DNA of 64,000 nt from Rebecca billardiae RCC1528 (GCA_965240325.2 OZ251234.1:1984001-2048000), one strand, 5' to 3'; counted from the stretch's first letter, positions 44,331 to 55,738 are shown. Program-made: numbers and translations. Notes: generated by a model from the sequence alone, not told the origin.

Positions 44331-45668
44331 ATGGTGTCGGTCCTCGCGGCGTCGTCGGTGCTCATGCACGCCGTCTCGGCCACCAAGTCGCACGTGACCA
44401 AGTGGCACCGCCTCGCCGCGCCGCCCTCTGAGCTTCGGCTGGAGGTGACGCTGGCAAACGGCCAGGCGTTCAACTGGCAGCGGCTGGGCGAGTGCACGTG
44501 GGTGGGCGTGGTCGAGCAGCGCGTCGTCATGCTGCGCGAGTGCGAGGACGGCGTGGACGCGTGCTCGCCCAGCCACCCGCACGACCCGCCCGACCGCCTG
44601 GCCGCCGCCCTGTGTGAGTACTTCCAGCTCGAGGCGTCGCTGCCGGCGCTGCACGCGCAGTGGCGCGAGGCAGACCCGCGCATGGCGGTCGTGCTGGACC
44701 GGCTGCCTGGGCTGCGCGTGCTCCGGCAGGAGCCAGTCGAGTGCCTCTTCTCCTTCATCTGCTCGTCGAACAACAACATCGGCCGGATCACGGGCATTCT
44801 CGAGCGCGTGCGCACCGCGCTCGGCGAGCCGATCGCGCTCGAGGACGCGTCGAGCATCGAGCGCGCGCGCGCCGAGTCGGGCGCGGCGCCGGCGGAGGGC
44901 GCCGCGGCGTTCTTCGCGTTCCCGACGGCGGAGCGCCTTGCGCGCGCGAGCGAGGACGAGCTGCGCGCGCTCGGCCTCGGGTACCGCGCGCGGTACGTGC
45001 GCGAGAGCGCCGCGCTGCTGCTCGAGCGCGGCGGCGCGGACTGGCTGCGCGCGCTGCGCACGCACGAGCGTGCGGCGGTGCAGCAGGCGCTGCTCGACTT
45101 CCCGGGCGTGGGGCGGAAGGTGGCGGACTGCGTCGCGCTCTTCAGCCTCGACCAGCACGCGACCATCCCGGTCGACGTGCACGTCTGGCAGATCGCATGC
45201 CGCGATTTCGACCCGAGCCTGCACGAGGCGAAGAGCCTCACCCCTGCACTCTACGAGCGCGTTGGCGAGCTCTTCCGCGGCCGGTACGGCGCGCACGCGG
45301 GCTGGGCGCACTCGGCGCTCTTCGCCGCCGAGCTGCCCGGCTTCCGAGACCGGCTGCCGCCCGAGCTGCAGCAGCAGATGGCCGACTTCCGCGCCGAGGA
45401 GCGCGCGCGCTCGGCGGAGAAGAAGAAGCAGAAGGACAGGCGCGCGGCGGAGCGCGCGGCGGCTGGCAGCGATGCCGAGGGGGAGCCGACGCCGTCGGCA
45501 CCGTCGCCGCCGAGGAAGGCGCCGACGCGCAAGCGGGCTCGCCCAGAGCCGGCGGCGGCCGCGCCGGCTGACGCACCGGCCCGGGCCAGGTCGACCGGGG
45601 CGCGCCGTCGCCTGACGACGCGAGGCGGACCAGCAGGCTCATCGTCAATAGAAGACGACGACGAGTAG
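44331..45668 (+). CDS. OGG1: 8-oxoguanine DNA glycosylase/AP lyase
   Basis: TLANGQAFNW, GLRVLRQEPVECLFSFICSSNNNIGRI, GLGYRA, HhH-GPD PGVGRKVADCVALFSL...PVDVHVWQIA, and AGWAHSALF. Confidence 0.95.
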   Translation: MVSVLAASSVLMHAVSATKSHVTKWHRLAAPPSELRLEVTLANGQAFNWQRLGECTWVGVVEQRVVMLRECEDGVDACSPSHPHDPPDRLAAALCEYFQLEASLPALHAQWREADPRMAVVLDRLPGLRVLRQEPVECLFSFICSSNNNIGRITGILERVRTALGEPIALEDASSIERARAESGAAPAEGAAAFFAFPTAERLARASEDELRALGLGYRARYVRESAALLLERGGADWLRALRTHERAAVQQALLDFPGVGRKVADCVALFSLDQHATIPVDVHVWQIACRDFDPSLHEAKSLTPALYERVGELFRGRYGAHAGWAHSALFAAELPGFRDRLPPELQQQMADFRAEERARSAEKKKQKDRRAAERAAAGSDAEGEPTPSAPSPPRKAPTRKRARPEPAAAAPADAPARARSTGARRRLTTRGGPAGSSSIEDDDE

Positions 45669-46275
45669 CAGCCGCTGCAAGTAGGCGCCGCGGCACGGCG
45701 GCAGCCCGCACGCCCGGCGAGCCGCGAGCAGGAGGTTACCACACGCCGGTGCGCGGGCGGCCCGGCGCTGCGGACGACATATCATCAGCGAGCATATCAA
45801 TGATGCTGATGCATGTATATATATATATACGGAAGAGCAGCATCAAGTGCATCTTCAATCTTCATCACGCCTGGCCCGGGAGGCCCCGCCGCGGGGCCTG
45901 CTGACAATGATGATCACATGACGCGCGAGACGAAGCCTGCTGAGTGCTGACAGCCCGACAGGACGGCGCTGCCGTGCTGGTCGCGGCGGCTGGGGCGCAC
46001 GATGGCCATCAGCCAGAGGTGATGCCTGCTGCTGCTGCTGCTGATGATGACGATGACGGATGTTGCGACGATGAGGTGACGATGCCGACCCCTAGGCCGC
46101 AGCCAGCGGGTCCCAGCTCCACCAGCACGCTGCGTGGCGCGTTGCCCCCCAGCCGCGCGCACGCGACCGACGGGCCGCTGCTCGCCAGTCGCTACGCACT
46201 CGCGCCCGCAGCCTGCCACCCGTCAGCGCGGCGGTTGGCCCCCGCCGCTGACCGCGGTGGCGTCCCCGGGGCGCT

Positions 46276-49200
46276 TCAGGCCTCCGCCTCGTCTGCGAGC
46301 CCGTTGAGCGCGGCGGACAGCGCCGCCTCCTCGATGGCCACGGCGCGCTTGTCCTGCTCCTCGCCGGCGCCGCCGCCATCGGCGCCGCGCTTGCCCCGGC
46401 CGCCCCCCGGTCCTCGCTTGCCCGCGCCCTTTGGCGGCTGCGCGCCGCCGCCCTCGGCGGCCGGGCTGCCGCCGCCGCCGTCGTCTCCCTCCGTGACGCG
46501 CCTCACCCGGTACTGCCCCTTCTCGTTCCGGTTGGTCACGACCACGTCGATCTGGTCGCCCTCGGACAGCCCCGCGTCCTCAATCTTGCGGATGAAGCTC
46601 TCGGAAAGTTCGGAGATGTGGCAGAAGCCGTCGAGCCCCGGCAGAAGCTCCACAAAGATTCCAAACGGCATCACAGACTTGACGGTGCCGGCGTACTTGT
46701 CGCCAATCGTCACCTCGGGCCTGGGGCCCCTGCCGTCGCGGCCGGCGGAGACCTCCGCGACGATCGCCTCGATGCGCTCCTTCGCCGTCTGGATGGCCGC
46801 GTCGGACTTGGCGGTGATGGACAGAATGCCTGGTGGGTGGGTGGGTGGGTGGGTGGGTGCGGCCGCGCGGGCGCGTGGCGTGGAATGGGCCGTGAGCGGC
46901 GGGGCTTGGGCTCGAGAGCGCTTGCACGCACGCACGCACGGCGGCGGGCGGGCGGACGGGCAGCGCGCACCGTCGCTTCGGCTGAGGTCGATGTTGTCCA
47001 CGCCGCTCTCCTCGATGATCGACGTGATCGTCTTGCCCTCCTTGCCGATGATCGCCCCGCAGTGCGACGGGTTGATGTCCATCTTACAGATGCGCGGCAC
47101 GTTGTCGGGCAGCGACTCGCGCGGGCCGGCCATCACGGCCGCCATGGCGTCGAGGATGTGCTGCCGGCCGTCGTGCGCCTGCGCGAGTGCGGAGCGGAGC
47201 AGCGGGATGGAGAGCCCCTCGCACTTCACGTCGAGCTGCAGCGCCGTCACGCCGTCCTTGTCCCCAGCCACCTGCGCGCGCGCCGCGCCAGAAGAGAGTG
47301 CTCGCGCGCCGTGAGCGTGCGCGCGCGGCGCGCGGGCGCGCGGGCGGTGCGGCGGCGCGCGCCGTCCGCCGAGCGGCATCGGCGCACGCGGCGCGTGGGG
47401 CGCGCGCGCGCTCGCCTTGAAGTCCATCGAGCCGAGCGCGTCCTCCAGCCCGATGATGTCGGTGAGCACCACGTGGTTCTCCCCGCCGTCCTCGTCGAAG
47501 AGCAGCCCCATCGCCACGCCCGCCACCGGCCTCGCGAGCGGCACGGCCGCGTCCATGAGCGCGAGGCAGCCGCCGCACACGGACGCCATCGAGGACGAGC
47601 CGCACGACATCGTGATGAGCGACTCGACGCGCACGGTGTACGGGAACGCGCCCGCGGCGGGCATCGCCGGCGCCAGCGCGCGCTCCGCCAGGTTGCCGTG
47701 GCCGACCTCGCGCCGGCCGGGCATGCCGCCCACGCGCCCGACCTCGCCGACTGAGAAGGGCGGGAATGAGTATTGCAAGTAGAACCGCTTCGAGCCGGCG
47801 CCGAGCATGCCCTCGAACTTCTGCTCGGACGAGGCGTCGCCGAGCGTGACCGTCGCGAGCGACTGCGTCTCGCCGCGCGTGAAGAGCGCCGAGCCGTGCG
47901 TGCGCGGCAGCACCGACGTCTCCATCGCCAGCGGCCGCACGTCCGTCGACCCCCGCCCGTCCGGGCGCGTGCCCTTGGTCGCGACCATCGCGCGGAGCGT
48001 GCGCGACGCGAGCGCCTTGAAGGCGAGCTGCACGTCCGCGAGCTCCATCGCGCCGGGCACGGGGGCGGGCGTGGGGGCCGAGCCGCGCTTCAGCGCGGCG
48101 TGCGGCGGCGCGTCGCCCTCCACCCCCGCCGCGTCGAGCGCGTCCTCGACGGGCAGGTCGTCGGGCAGCACCGCGTCCGCGTCGCCGACCGGCGGCGGCA
48201 GCGCCTCGTCCGTGCCGGCCTCGAGCTCGGCGGTCTTGGGGAGCGCCTCGACGGGCTGCGCGGCGGGCGCGCTGGCGCTGAGGGCCGCCTCCACCTCGCG
48301 CTTCAGCGCGTCGAACGCCGCCTCGCGCGCCTGCTTCGACGGCAGCGAGAGCACCTCCTCGATCCTGCCCCCGCACAGCGCCTCCACCTCCTGCGCCACG
48401 TTGGCCGGGATCTCACGGATCAGGTGCGTCGCCTTGGGCTTGCCGACGACGGCCTGCCACGCGCTGAGCGCGAGGCACATGTGGCGGATGGCCTCCTGCC
48501 CGAACTCCGCCGCGGCGACGATCTCCTCCTCCGGCACGAACTTGCAGAACCCCTCGATCATCAGCAGCGCGTCCGCCGTGCCCGCGAGCACGACGTTCAC
48601 GTCCGACTCGGCCTGCTCGGCGGGCGGCGCGTTGAGCACGAGCTCGCCCTCGGCGTTTTTGGAGACGCGCACGCAGGCGACGGGCTTCTCGAAGGGGACG
48701 TCGGAGATCGCGAGCGCCGCCGCCGACGCGCACACCGCCAGGCAGTCCGGCGGCGCGCTGCCGTCGTACGAGAGCACGTAGCTGCAGATCTGAGTCTCCT
48801 GTGACCACCCCTTCGGGAAGGCGGGGCGGATCGGCCGGTCGATCAGCCGCGAGGTGAGGATCTCCGAGTCGCCCGCGCGGCCGTCGCGCTTAATGTACCC
48901 GCCGGCCGTCTTCCCCGCGGCCGAGTACCGCTCCTGGTAGTCCACGCGCAGCGGCACGAAGTCGGCAGGGCTGCCGCCTGCCTCGAAGCACGCGCTCGCA
49001 AACAGGACCGTGTCGCCCGTCGTGAGCACGACCGAGCCGCCGGCGAGGCGCGCGATGCGGCCGGTCTCGAAGGTGCACTCCGTGCCTTTCAGGTGCACGC
49101 GCAGCTTGTGCACGTCGCCCTCCGACCACATGCAGTAGTCGCCATCGCTCCTGAGCTCGCGCGGCGCGCTCGCCTCCGCCGCCGTCGCCGCGGCCACACG

Positions 49201-49353
49201 TGCGCGCGCGCGCGTGGCGACACGGCGTGCCGAGTGCGCGCGCCGAGCGGGCGTGCGCAGCCCCGTGCGCCCGTGCACGAGCAGATCTGCCGGCAGCACG
49301 AACGCCAGCAGCAGCGCGCACACCGCCAGCATCGCCGACGGGCGCGGCGTCAT
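46276..49353 (-). CDS. PNP: Polyribonucleotide nucleotidyltransferase, probably plastid-targeted; introns 47415-47272 (GC-AG) and 46970-46830
   Basis: ETGRIARLAGG, SRLIDRPIRP, HGSALFTRGETQ, RREVGHG, GSSSMASVC, MDFK|VAG, KH and S1 domains; signal peptide plus Arg/Ala-rich transit peptide. Confidence 0.95.
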   Translation of the reverse strand: MTPRPSAMLAVCALLLAFVLPADLLVHGRTGLRTPARRAHSARRVATRARARVAAATAAEASAPRELRSDGDYCMWSEGDVHKLRVHLKGTECTFETGRIARLAGGSVVLTTGDTVLFASACFEAGGSPADFVPLRVDYQERYSAAGKTAGGYIKRDGRAGDSEILTSRLIDRPIRPAFPKGWSQETQICSYVLSYDGSAPPDCLAVCASAAALAISDVPFEKPVACVRVSKNAEGELVLNAPPAEQAESDVNVVLAGTADALLMIEGFCKFVPEEEIVAAAEFGQEAIRHMCLALSAWQAVVGKPKATHLIREIPANVAQEVEALCGGRIEEVLSLPSKQAREAAFDALKREVEAALSASAPAAQPVEALPKTAELEAGTDEALPPPVGDADAVLPDDLPVEDALDAAGVEGDAPPHAALKRGSAPTPAPVPGAMELADVQLAFKALASRTLRAMVATKGTRPDGRGSTDVRPLAMETSVLPRTHGSALFTRGETQSLATVTLGDASSEQKFEGMLGAGSKRFYLQYSFPPFSVGEVGRVGGMPGRREVGHGNLAERALAPAMPAAGAFPYTVRVESLITMSCGSSSMASVCGGCLALMDAAVPLARPVAGVAMGLLFDEDGGENHVVLTDIIGLEDALGSMDFKASARAPHAPRAPMPLGGRRAPPHRPRARAPRAHAHGARALSSGAARAQVAGDKDGVTALQLDVKCEGLSIPLLRSALAQAHDGRQHILDAMAAVMAGPRESLPDNVPRICKMDINPSHCGAIIGKEGKTITSIIEESGVDNIDLSRSDGARCPSARPPPCVRACKRSRAQAPPLTAHSTPRARAAAPTHPPTHPPGILSITAKSDAAIQTAKERIEAIVAEVSAGRDGRGPRPEVTIGDKYAGTVKSVMPFGIFVELLPGLDGFCHISELSESFIRKIEDAGLSEGDQIDVVVTNRNEKGQYRVRRVTEGDDGGGGSPAAEGGGAQPPKGAGKRGPGGGRGKRGADGGGAGEEQDKRAVAIEEAALSAALNGLADEAEA

Positions 49354-49613
49354 CACGCGGCCCGTGATGAGCCGCCGTGCGAACGCTGCTCACGAGTCGC
49401 AGCAACCGGAAGCAAAGCGCCGGCCCCGCGTCACCTCTCCCCCACACTGTGCGACAATGACGACAGCAGTGGCGACAGAGGGACAGTGGCGAGTCACAAC
49501 ACCTACGGAAGGGCGCGCGGCGAGCAGGAGGTCACTACTCGCCACGACTGGGCGCGGCAGGCACTTGTGGGGGGGGCACGCGTCCGCTTGGCGGCGGAGG
49601 CGGCACGGCGTGA

Positions 49614-50252
49614 ATGAACAAGGTTGCATCGACCCGGCTTCGGAAGGAGTACAAGGCGTTTTGGACGGTGCGTCCGGCGCCGTGCGCGCGCAGGCCACCG
49701 CGCAGCATGCATCGCCAAAGTCCGTCCAATCGAGGCGCGAACACCTCGCCCATCCGCCGCGGCCCGCAGGACCCACCCGAGTTTATCAAAGCGCAGCCCC
49801 TCGAGACAGATGTGCTCGACTGGCGCTTTGTCATCGAGGGCCCACCCGACTCGCCGTACGCCGGCGGCGAGTACATGGGCAAGCTCAAATTCCCGGACCA
49901 GTACCCGTTCAAGCCGCCGTCCATCTTCATGATCACACCAAACGGCCGCTTTGAGACGGACAGGAGGCTGTGCATGTCGATGTCGGACTACCACCCGGAG
50001 TCGTGGTGCCCCGCGTGGTCGGTGGCCACCATCCTGAAAGGCGTGCTGAGCTTCATGCTCGACAGCGAGCAGACGACCGGCGCCATTGTCACGAGCGATG
50101 ACAAGAAGCGCGAACTTGCGAGTGCCTCGCGTGCGTGGAACCGGAACAATAAGGAGTACGTCCTTGTCTTCGGCAACTCCGAGGCCGGCAGCTCGACGCC
50201 GGCAGGAGCGCCGCCTGTGAAGGCGGAAACCGCCCCCGCGGCGTCCGGATGA
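49614..50252 (+). CDS. UBC6: Ubiquitin-conjugating enzyme E2, Ubc6/UBE2J class; intron 49668-49769
   Basis: YPFKPPSIFMITPNGRF...RLCMSMSDYHPESWCPAWSV; TPNGRF replacing HPN is diagnostic of the E2J class. Confidence 0.9.
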   Translation: MNKVASTRLRKEYKAFWTVRPAPCARRPPRSMHRQSPSNRGANTSPIRRGPQDPPEFIKAQPLETDVLDWRFVIEGPPDSPYAGGEYMGKLKFPDQYPFKPPSIFMITPNGRFETDRRLCMSMSDYHPESWCPAWSVATILKGVLSFMLDSEQTTGAIVTSDDKKRELASASRAWNRNNKEYVLVFGNSEAGSSTPAGAPPVKAETAPAASG

Positions 50253-50778
50253 CCGAGCTTCACACTTGTCGTGGCTGACTGATTGGCGGCTCAACTTGTG
50301 GCCCGGGCGCATTGCGGCATTGTCCGTTTGTCGGCGACTCGGCGTGCCAGCGTGCGCCGCGACGACGGAGGGACTCTGGGACTGCAGGTCGGAGACGGTG
50401 CCAAGACTACAGCCGTCCAGGTCGGGCCACCGTCTCTAACTTCGTCATCAGGCCCACGATCGCCTTGCGGTCGAGCTTATAATAACAAGAAATCTAGAAC
50501 ATTCAAGGCGCACAGAGTGAGCGCGGTGATGACAGCCTGGTGACCGTCAGACGCCTCGAGGCTCTCCATTCATCATTGGACGAGCACCGAGGAAAATGGC
50601 CGGACTTTAAACCAACGTCATCCCCGTGCGTCCGGAGCGAAGGGGGTGCAAGACGGTTGGCCGGCACGTGCGGCGCTCGCGCGAATAGTGTATGCGCGGC
50701 TGACGCGGCGGAAGCGGTCGTCGTTGGTCGACTAGGCGCGCGGGCCGCTTGGCAAGCGCTTTGCCGCGAGCGAGAGCC

Positions 50779-53527
50779 ATGAGGAAGAGGAAGGGGGGCG
50801 CGGCGCTCGACAAGGAGTCGATGGCGAACGGCCACTCCGGCGGCCTGAAGGTCAAGAAGATGCGCGACTACGTGGAGGTGCACCTCACGACGTCGATGCT
50901 CGACAGCTCGCGCGTGTACGCGTTCGCGCTGAACGAGCCGCTGAACACGCTGTTCGACGCCATCCGCGAGGACGTGGGCGACGCGTCGCTCGAGTTCCGC
51001 CTCGAGTGCTCGATCGGCGAGACCGACTCGGTCGTCTCGCCCAAGATGGTGCACGCGTACGCGTGGGGCGCGGGCTCGTCGCGCCAGCTGCGGATCGGCG
51101 AGGCCCTGTACGACGTGACGGTGGTGGGCGAGAAGGGGCTCCTCGCGCAGGACGCGCAGCTGACGCCCCGGAAGCGGCACATCTCCGACGTCTCGCGCGG
51201 CCGGAAGATGAAGTACGTCGTCGTCACCGGCGGCGTCGTCTCGGGCATCGGCAAGGGCGTGACGGCGTCGTCGATCGGCATGCTGCTCAAGTCGGCGGGC
51301 TACCGGGTGAACGCGATCAAGATCGACCCGTACATCAACATGGACGCGGGGACGATGTCGCCGTTCGAGCACGGCGAGGTCTTCGTCCTCGACGACGGCG
51401 GCGAGGCCGACCTCGACCTGGGCAACTACGAGCGCTTCATGGACCTCAACCTGGCGCGCGACAACAACATCACGACGGGCAAGATCTACCAGAACATCAT
51501 CGAGCGCGAGCGCAAGGGCGAGTTCCTGGGGAAGACGGTGCAGGTGGTGCCGCACGTGACGAACACCATCCAGGAGTGGATCGAGCGCGTCGCCCACGCC
51601 CCCGCCGACGGCAAGCGCGGCGCGCCCGACGTGACGGTGATCGAGCTGGGCGGCACGGTGGGCGACATCGAGTCGATGCCCTTCATCGAGGCGCTGCGCC
51701 AGTTCCAGTGGAAGGTGGGGCGGGACAACTTCGTGCTCACGCACGTGAGCCTCGTCCCCGTCGTCGGCGCCGTCGGCGAGGAGAAGACCAAGCCCACGCA
51801 GCACTCGGTGCAGTCGCTGCGCGCGCTCGGCCTCTCGCCCGACTTCCTGATGTGCCGCTCGACCAAGCCGCTCGAGGACAAGACCAAGGAGAAGCTGGCG
51901 AACTTCTGCCACGTGCCGCCGGAGCAGTGCATGGGGATGCACGACGTGAGCAACATCTACCGCGTGCCGCTGCTCCTCGAGGAGGAGGGCATCCTCGACG
52001 CGCTGCTCCAGCGCCTCGAGCTCGAGCGGCAGCCGACGCCGCTGCTTGGCGAGTGGGGCTCGCTCGCGGAGCTGGTGGACACGCTCAGCGCCAAGGTGAG
52101 CATCGCGATCGTGGGCAAGTACACGTCGCTGGGCGACGCGTACCTGTCGGTGACGAAGGTGCGCGCCGCGCGCCGCCGCGCGAGCCCGGCGGCGCGACCG
52201 CGGCGGGTGCCGCTGCCCGTGCCGGCGCTCTGGCCGTGCGGCGCGCGCGGGTGCGGCGGCGCGAGCGCGCGCGCGCGCTCGGCCGGGGCCACCGCCGGCG
52301 CGGCGAGCGGCGGTGGGGAGGGGGCGGGCGCGGCGCTCCGCGCGCACGGTTTTGCAAGCCTGTCCCGCCCATGCATGCGGGATGGGTCTATCGCCGTGCC
52401 ACACCACACGCACAGGGGGCTGCCCAGCGCAGCCCCGCACCAGGAGCGAGCTACGGCCGCGGCGGCGCCTCGCGCGCCGGTGCGGCGGCTGTTGATGAGC
52501 CCTGGCACAGTCGGGAGCGCACGGGCTGGAGCCCGCGGGCTGCACGGACGGACGCGCGCGCGGGGGCTCGGGCGGGCGGCGGGCATGGCGGCGAGGCGCT
52601 GGGGCTGGGGCCACGCAGCCGGCGCGGCGCCACGGCCAGCAGTGGCCGCTGCGCGCGCGCGCGGCGCGCGCGCGTGCACACGCCCGCTCTCGCCCTCACC
52701 GCGCGCGCCCGGCCGCGCGCCGCGCGCACCGCGCGCCGCCATGCGACGCCCCCTCCTGCCGCCAGGCGCTGAACCACGCGTCGTACGCCTCGGAGCGCAA
52801 GCTCGAGATCGTGTGGATCGAGGCCGCCGACCTGGAGGCGCACATGAAGGCCGAGGCGGCGGCCAAGTACGCCAAGGCGTGGGAGGCGCTCCGCTCCGCC
52901 GATGGCATCCTCGTGCCCGGCGGGTTTGGCGACCGCGGCGTCGAGGGCAAGATCCTCGCCGCGCAGTACGCGCGCGAGAACGACGTGCCGTACTTCGGCA
53001 TCTGCCTGGGCTTTCAGGTGCGCCGCGGCGAGGGGCTCGGGAAGGGGCAGGGGGCGGCGCGAGGCGCGGCCCGCGTGCTGCGGCCGGCGCGGCGTGCCGG
53101 CGTGGCGTGCGCTCAGCCGCGCGCGCCCGCCGCGCGTGCACGCGCGCCGCGCTCCGCTCCGCAGGTGGCTGTGATCGAGTACGCGCGCAACGTGCTCGGC
53201 TGGAAGGACGCGCACTCGCAGGAGTTCGACGAGAGCTCGGCGCACAAGGTGGTGATCTACATGCCCGAGATCTCGAAGACGCACATGGGCGGCACGATGC
53301 GCCTCGGCTCGCGCCGCGCCGTCCTCAAGTCGACCAAGTGCCTCGCGTCGCGCCTGTACGGCGGCACCACCGCCATCGACGAGCGGCATAGGCACAGGTG
53401 CGGGGGCGGAGGCCGGTCGCGGCGGCGCCAGTGGCCGCGCCGCGGCGCCGAGGCGCACGCACGCCCCGCGCCGCCCCGCCGCGCTCACGCCGCCCCCGCC
53501 CCCCCCGCGCGCCCCGCGCGCCACGCC

Positions 53528-53559
<32 letters not shown>

Positions 53560-53791
53560 GCCGCGCCGCAGGTACGAAGTCAACCCCGAGTACGTGCAGC
53601 AGTTCAACCGCTCGGGGCTCGAGTTCGTCGGGCAGGACGTGGACGGGGAGCGGATGGAGATCTTCGAGCTGAGCAGCCACCGCTACTTCGTCGGCTGCCA
53701 GTACCACCCCGAGTTCAAATCGCGGCCGAACAAGCCGTCGCCCTTCTTCCACGGGCTGCTGCTCGCAGCCTCGAAGCAGCCGCTGCCGTAG
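50779..53791 (+). CDS. CTPS: CTP synthase, about 694 aa with a 143-aa N-terminal extension; exons 50779-52158, 52766-53017, 53165-53397, 53572-53791
   Basis: [68 protein letters not shown]|YEVN and QYHPEF. Confidence 0.96.
52344..52512 (+). ncRNA. Intronic box H/ACA snoRNA candidate in CTPS intron 1
   Basis: Two hairpins with internal pockets. H box ACACCA (52401-52406) and ACA (52507-52509) each lie 14 nt after the upper stem. The pockets are complementary to conserved 18S rRNA motifs as recalled. Confidence 0.65.
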
Positions 53792-54822
53792 CGGGCGCGG
53801 CGGGCCGAGCGCGGCACGCAGCGCGCACAGATCACCGCGAACGCCGCTCACCGGCCCCGCCACGGGTCGGGCGCGTGGCGGCTGAGCCGCTCGGAGAGGC
53901 TACTGCACGGTGGCCTCTCGGGGCGGCAGCGGGCCCGGACGCTGCGTGCAGACGGCGCAGGCCACGGCGCGTCCGCGCAGGCGCGCCTCGATCCGTCGTC
54001 CCTTGGCAGCCGATTGTGCGCTCATCATGATCACGTATGTGGATGCTGCCAGCGGGACGAGCAGGTGCTGCGCGCTGCCAGCGGCTGCCTTCTGACGGGC
54101 GAGGACGGCGGATTGGCCGGCGACGACCGACTCAGCGTCTCATCGGTCCTCGTCCGTGGCAACTCACTCCTCACGACTAATCTTGGCTGCATGATGCCTT
54201 ATTCGGATGGATCCCGCCATCCGCGATCACGGATCAGACGGCGACGCGCAATCTCTCGGATCGGATTCGTCTCTGGCGATCTGCTATCGCCGCGGCTGCG
54301 CCGCTGCGCATATGTGTATATGTTTAACTTTGATATGTCAGTACATACACGACGCGCATATATATGATATATATCGTTTATAAATATAATATTGTATTTA
54401 TTTATAATATACATTATAATAATTTAATATCTGCTCTGAGCAGTATCTGTATTCACTTTCAGTAATACATCGGCACTTCGGCAAGCTTCATCATCTCGGC
54501 TGTGGTCGTGGGCACCAGCCTGCAGCTTGCATGCTGCTGAGTGCTGGCGCCTGGCACCAGGTCGTCTCGCGTACGGCGTAGGCGTAGCCTGGCCCTTGGT
54601 GAATGGTGAGGCGGTTCCGCACGGCCACGGCGTCTCAACCACATCCACGGGCCGCTCGCGATGTGTCGGCGTCTATGCCAGCCCCCGCGCTGCGGATGCA
54701 GCCTGGACAACGGGCCCCAGGGGTCCCGGGCCGAGCACAGCGCGCGCGCGGCCGCCACGCAGCGCGCCTGCTCGTCCTGCCCTGCGATGGCGATGGTGAG
54801 TGAGGTGGCACATCCGTCACGA

Positions 54823-55371
54823 TCAGCCCACCACGGGTGTTGATTGGGGTGGAGCGGGTGGCGGCGGCTTGGGCTGCTCGCCTGCGCCGTCGCCATCCAG
54901 CAGGTAGCGCCAGCCTCGCTTCCGCGGGCTGCGGATCTCGCGCTCTCGCTCGCTCTCGCGCCCGCGCCAGGTGAGCCGGCCGTACGCTTTGCCGTGCAGC
55001 CCCTCCTGCGAGCGTGCGCGCGCGGCGAGGGATTGCGCGGGGCTCGGACGCGGCGCGACGGCGGGGCGCGTGGCGCCTGCGCCTGCGCGCGCGCGCGCGC
55101 GCGCGCGCACCAGCCTGAGGCGCACACGCGTCACCGTCCAGTACGTGTCGCGCCGCCCGTCCCGCAGCCAAATGTTGCGCGCAAACCGGTAGCCCACGCC
55201 GTTGTTCGGCAGGGTCGTCGCGAGCTCGAAAAAGTTCTTCAGCCCTATTCGCCACTTGGGTGCCCGCGGGGCCTCGAGCGGCGGCGCGCACAGCGACCTG
55301 CGCGCGGCGATGCCCCAGGCCGCCCCGACGATACCGCGCCAGCGCGGCCGCGCAGCCATCGTCATCGCCAT
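54823..55371 (-). CDS. MRPS34: Mitochondrial ribosomal protein mS34-like; intron 55110-55006
   Basis: Arg-rich presequence; NFFELATTLPNNGVGYRFAR...YWTVTRV...HGKAYGRLTWRG...KRGWRY. Confidence 0.8.
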   Translation of the reverse strand: MAMTMAARPRWRGIVGAAWGIAARRSLCAPPLEAPRAPKWRIGLKNFFELATTLPNNGVGYRFARNIWLRDGRRDTYWTVTRVRLRLVRARARARAGAGATRPAVAPRPSPAQSLAARARSQEGLHGKAYGRLTWRGRESEREREIRSPRKRGWRYLLDGDGAGEQPKPPPPAPPQSTPVVG

Positions 55372-55738
55372 CTTTCGCCACGCAGCCGGCACACTCGCGA
55401 GCTTTGCCTGGGCGACGGTGAGGGATGGCGGTCGAGCAAATCGCAGTCCGGGGTTGATCACGGCCAAGAAAGAGCCCGAGCACGGTTGCCGAGCAGGCGC
55501 GCGTGCGACGAGCATCGCGGGGGCCGGATCCGTAGCGGGAGGTGCATCAAAGCGCAGCGGAAGCACTCCGGTGGAGATGCCGCAGCCGCGGCCGCTTTAC
55601 CCACGAACAATGAATGTCAGGCGGCAGTCCGGGAGACGGCCAAGGAATCCCTCGCTTGCCTTGCAGCGGCATCGCGATACTCGCGAGCGCGGCACGTCAT
55701 CTGCGTCGTCGGTGACCGCCTGAGCGCGCCTTGTCGCC

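Noticed and set aside
48050-48280. Acidic insert in PNPase as a novelty or an intron
   Set aside because: No clear splice signals, and plastid PNPases are known to carry an acidic insertion around this position.
52493-52498. Box C (TGATGA) of a C/D snoRNA
   Set aside because: No downstream CTGA box D at a suitable distance; it is explained as an H/ACA pocket strand.
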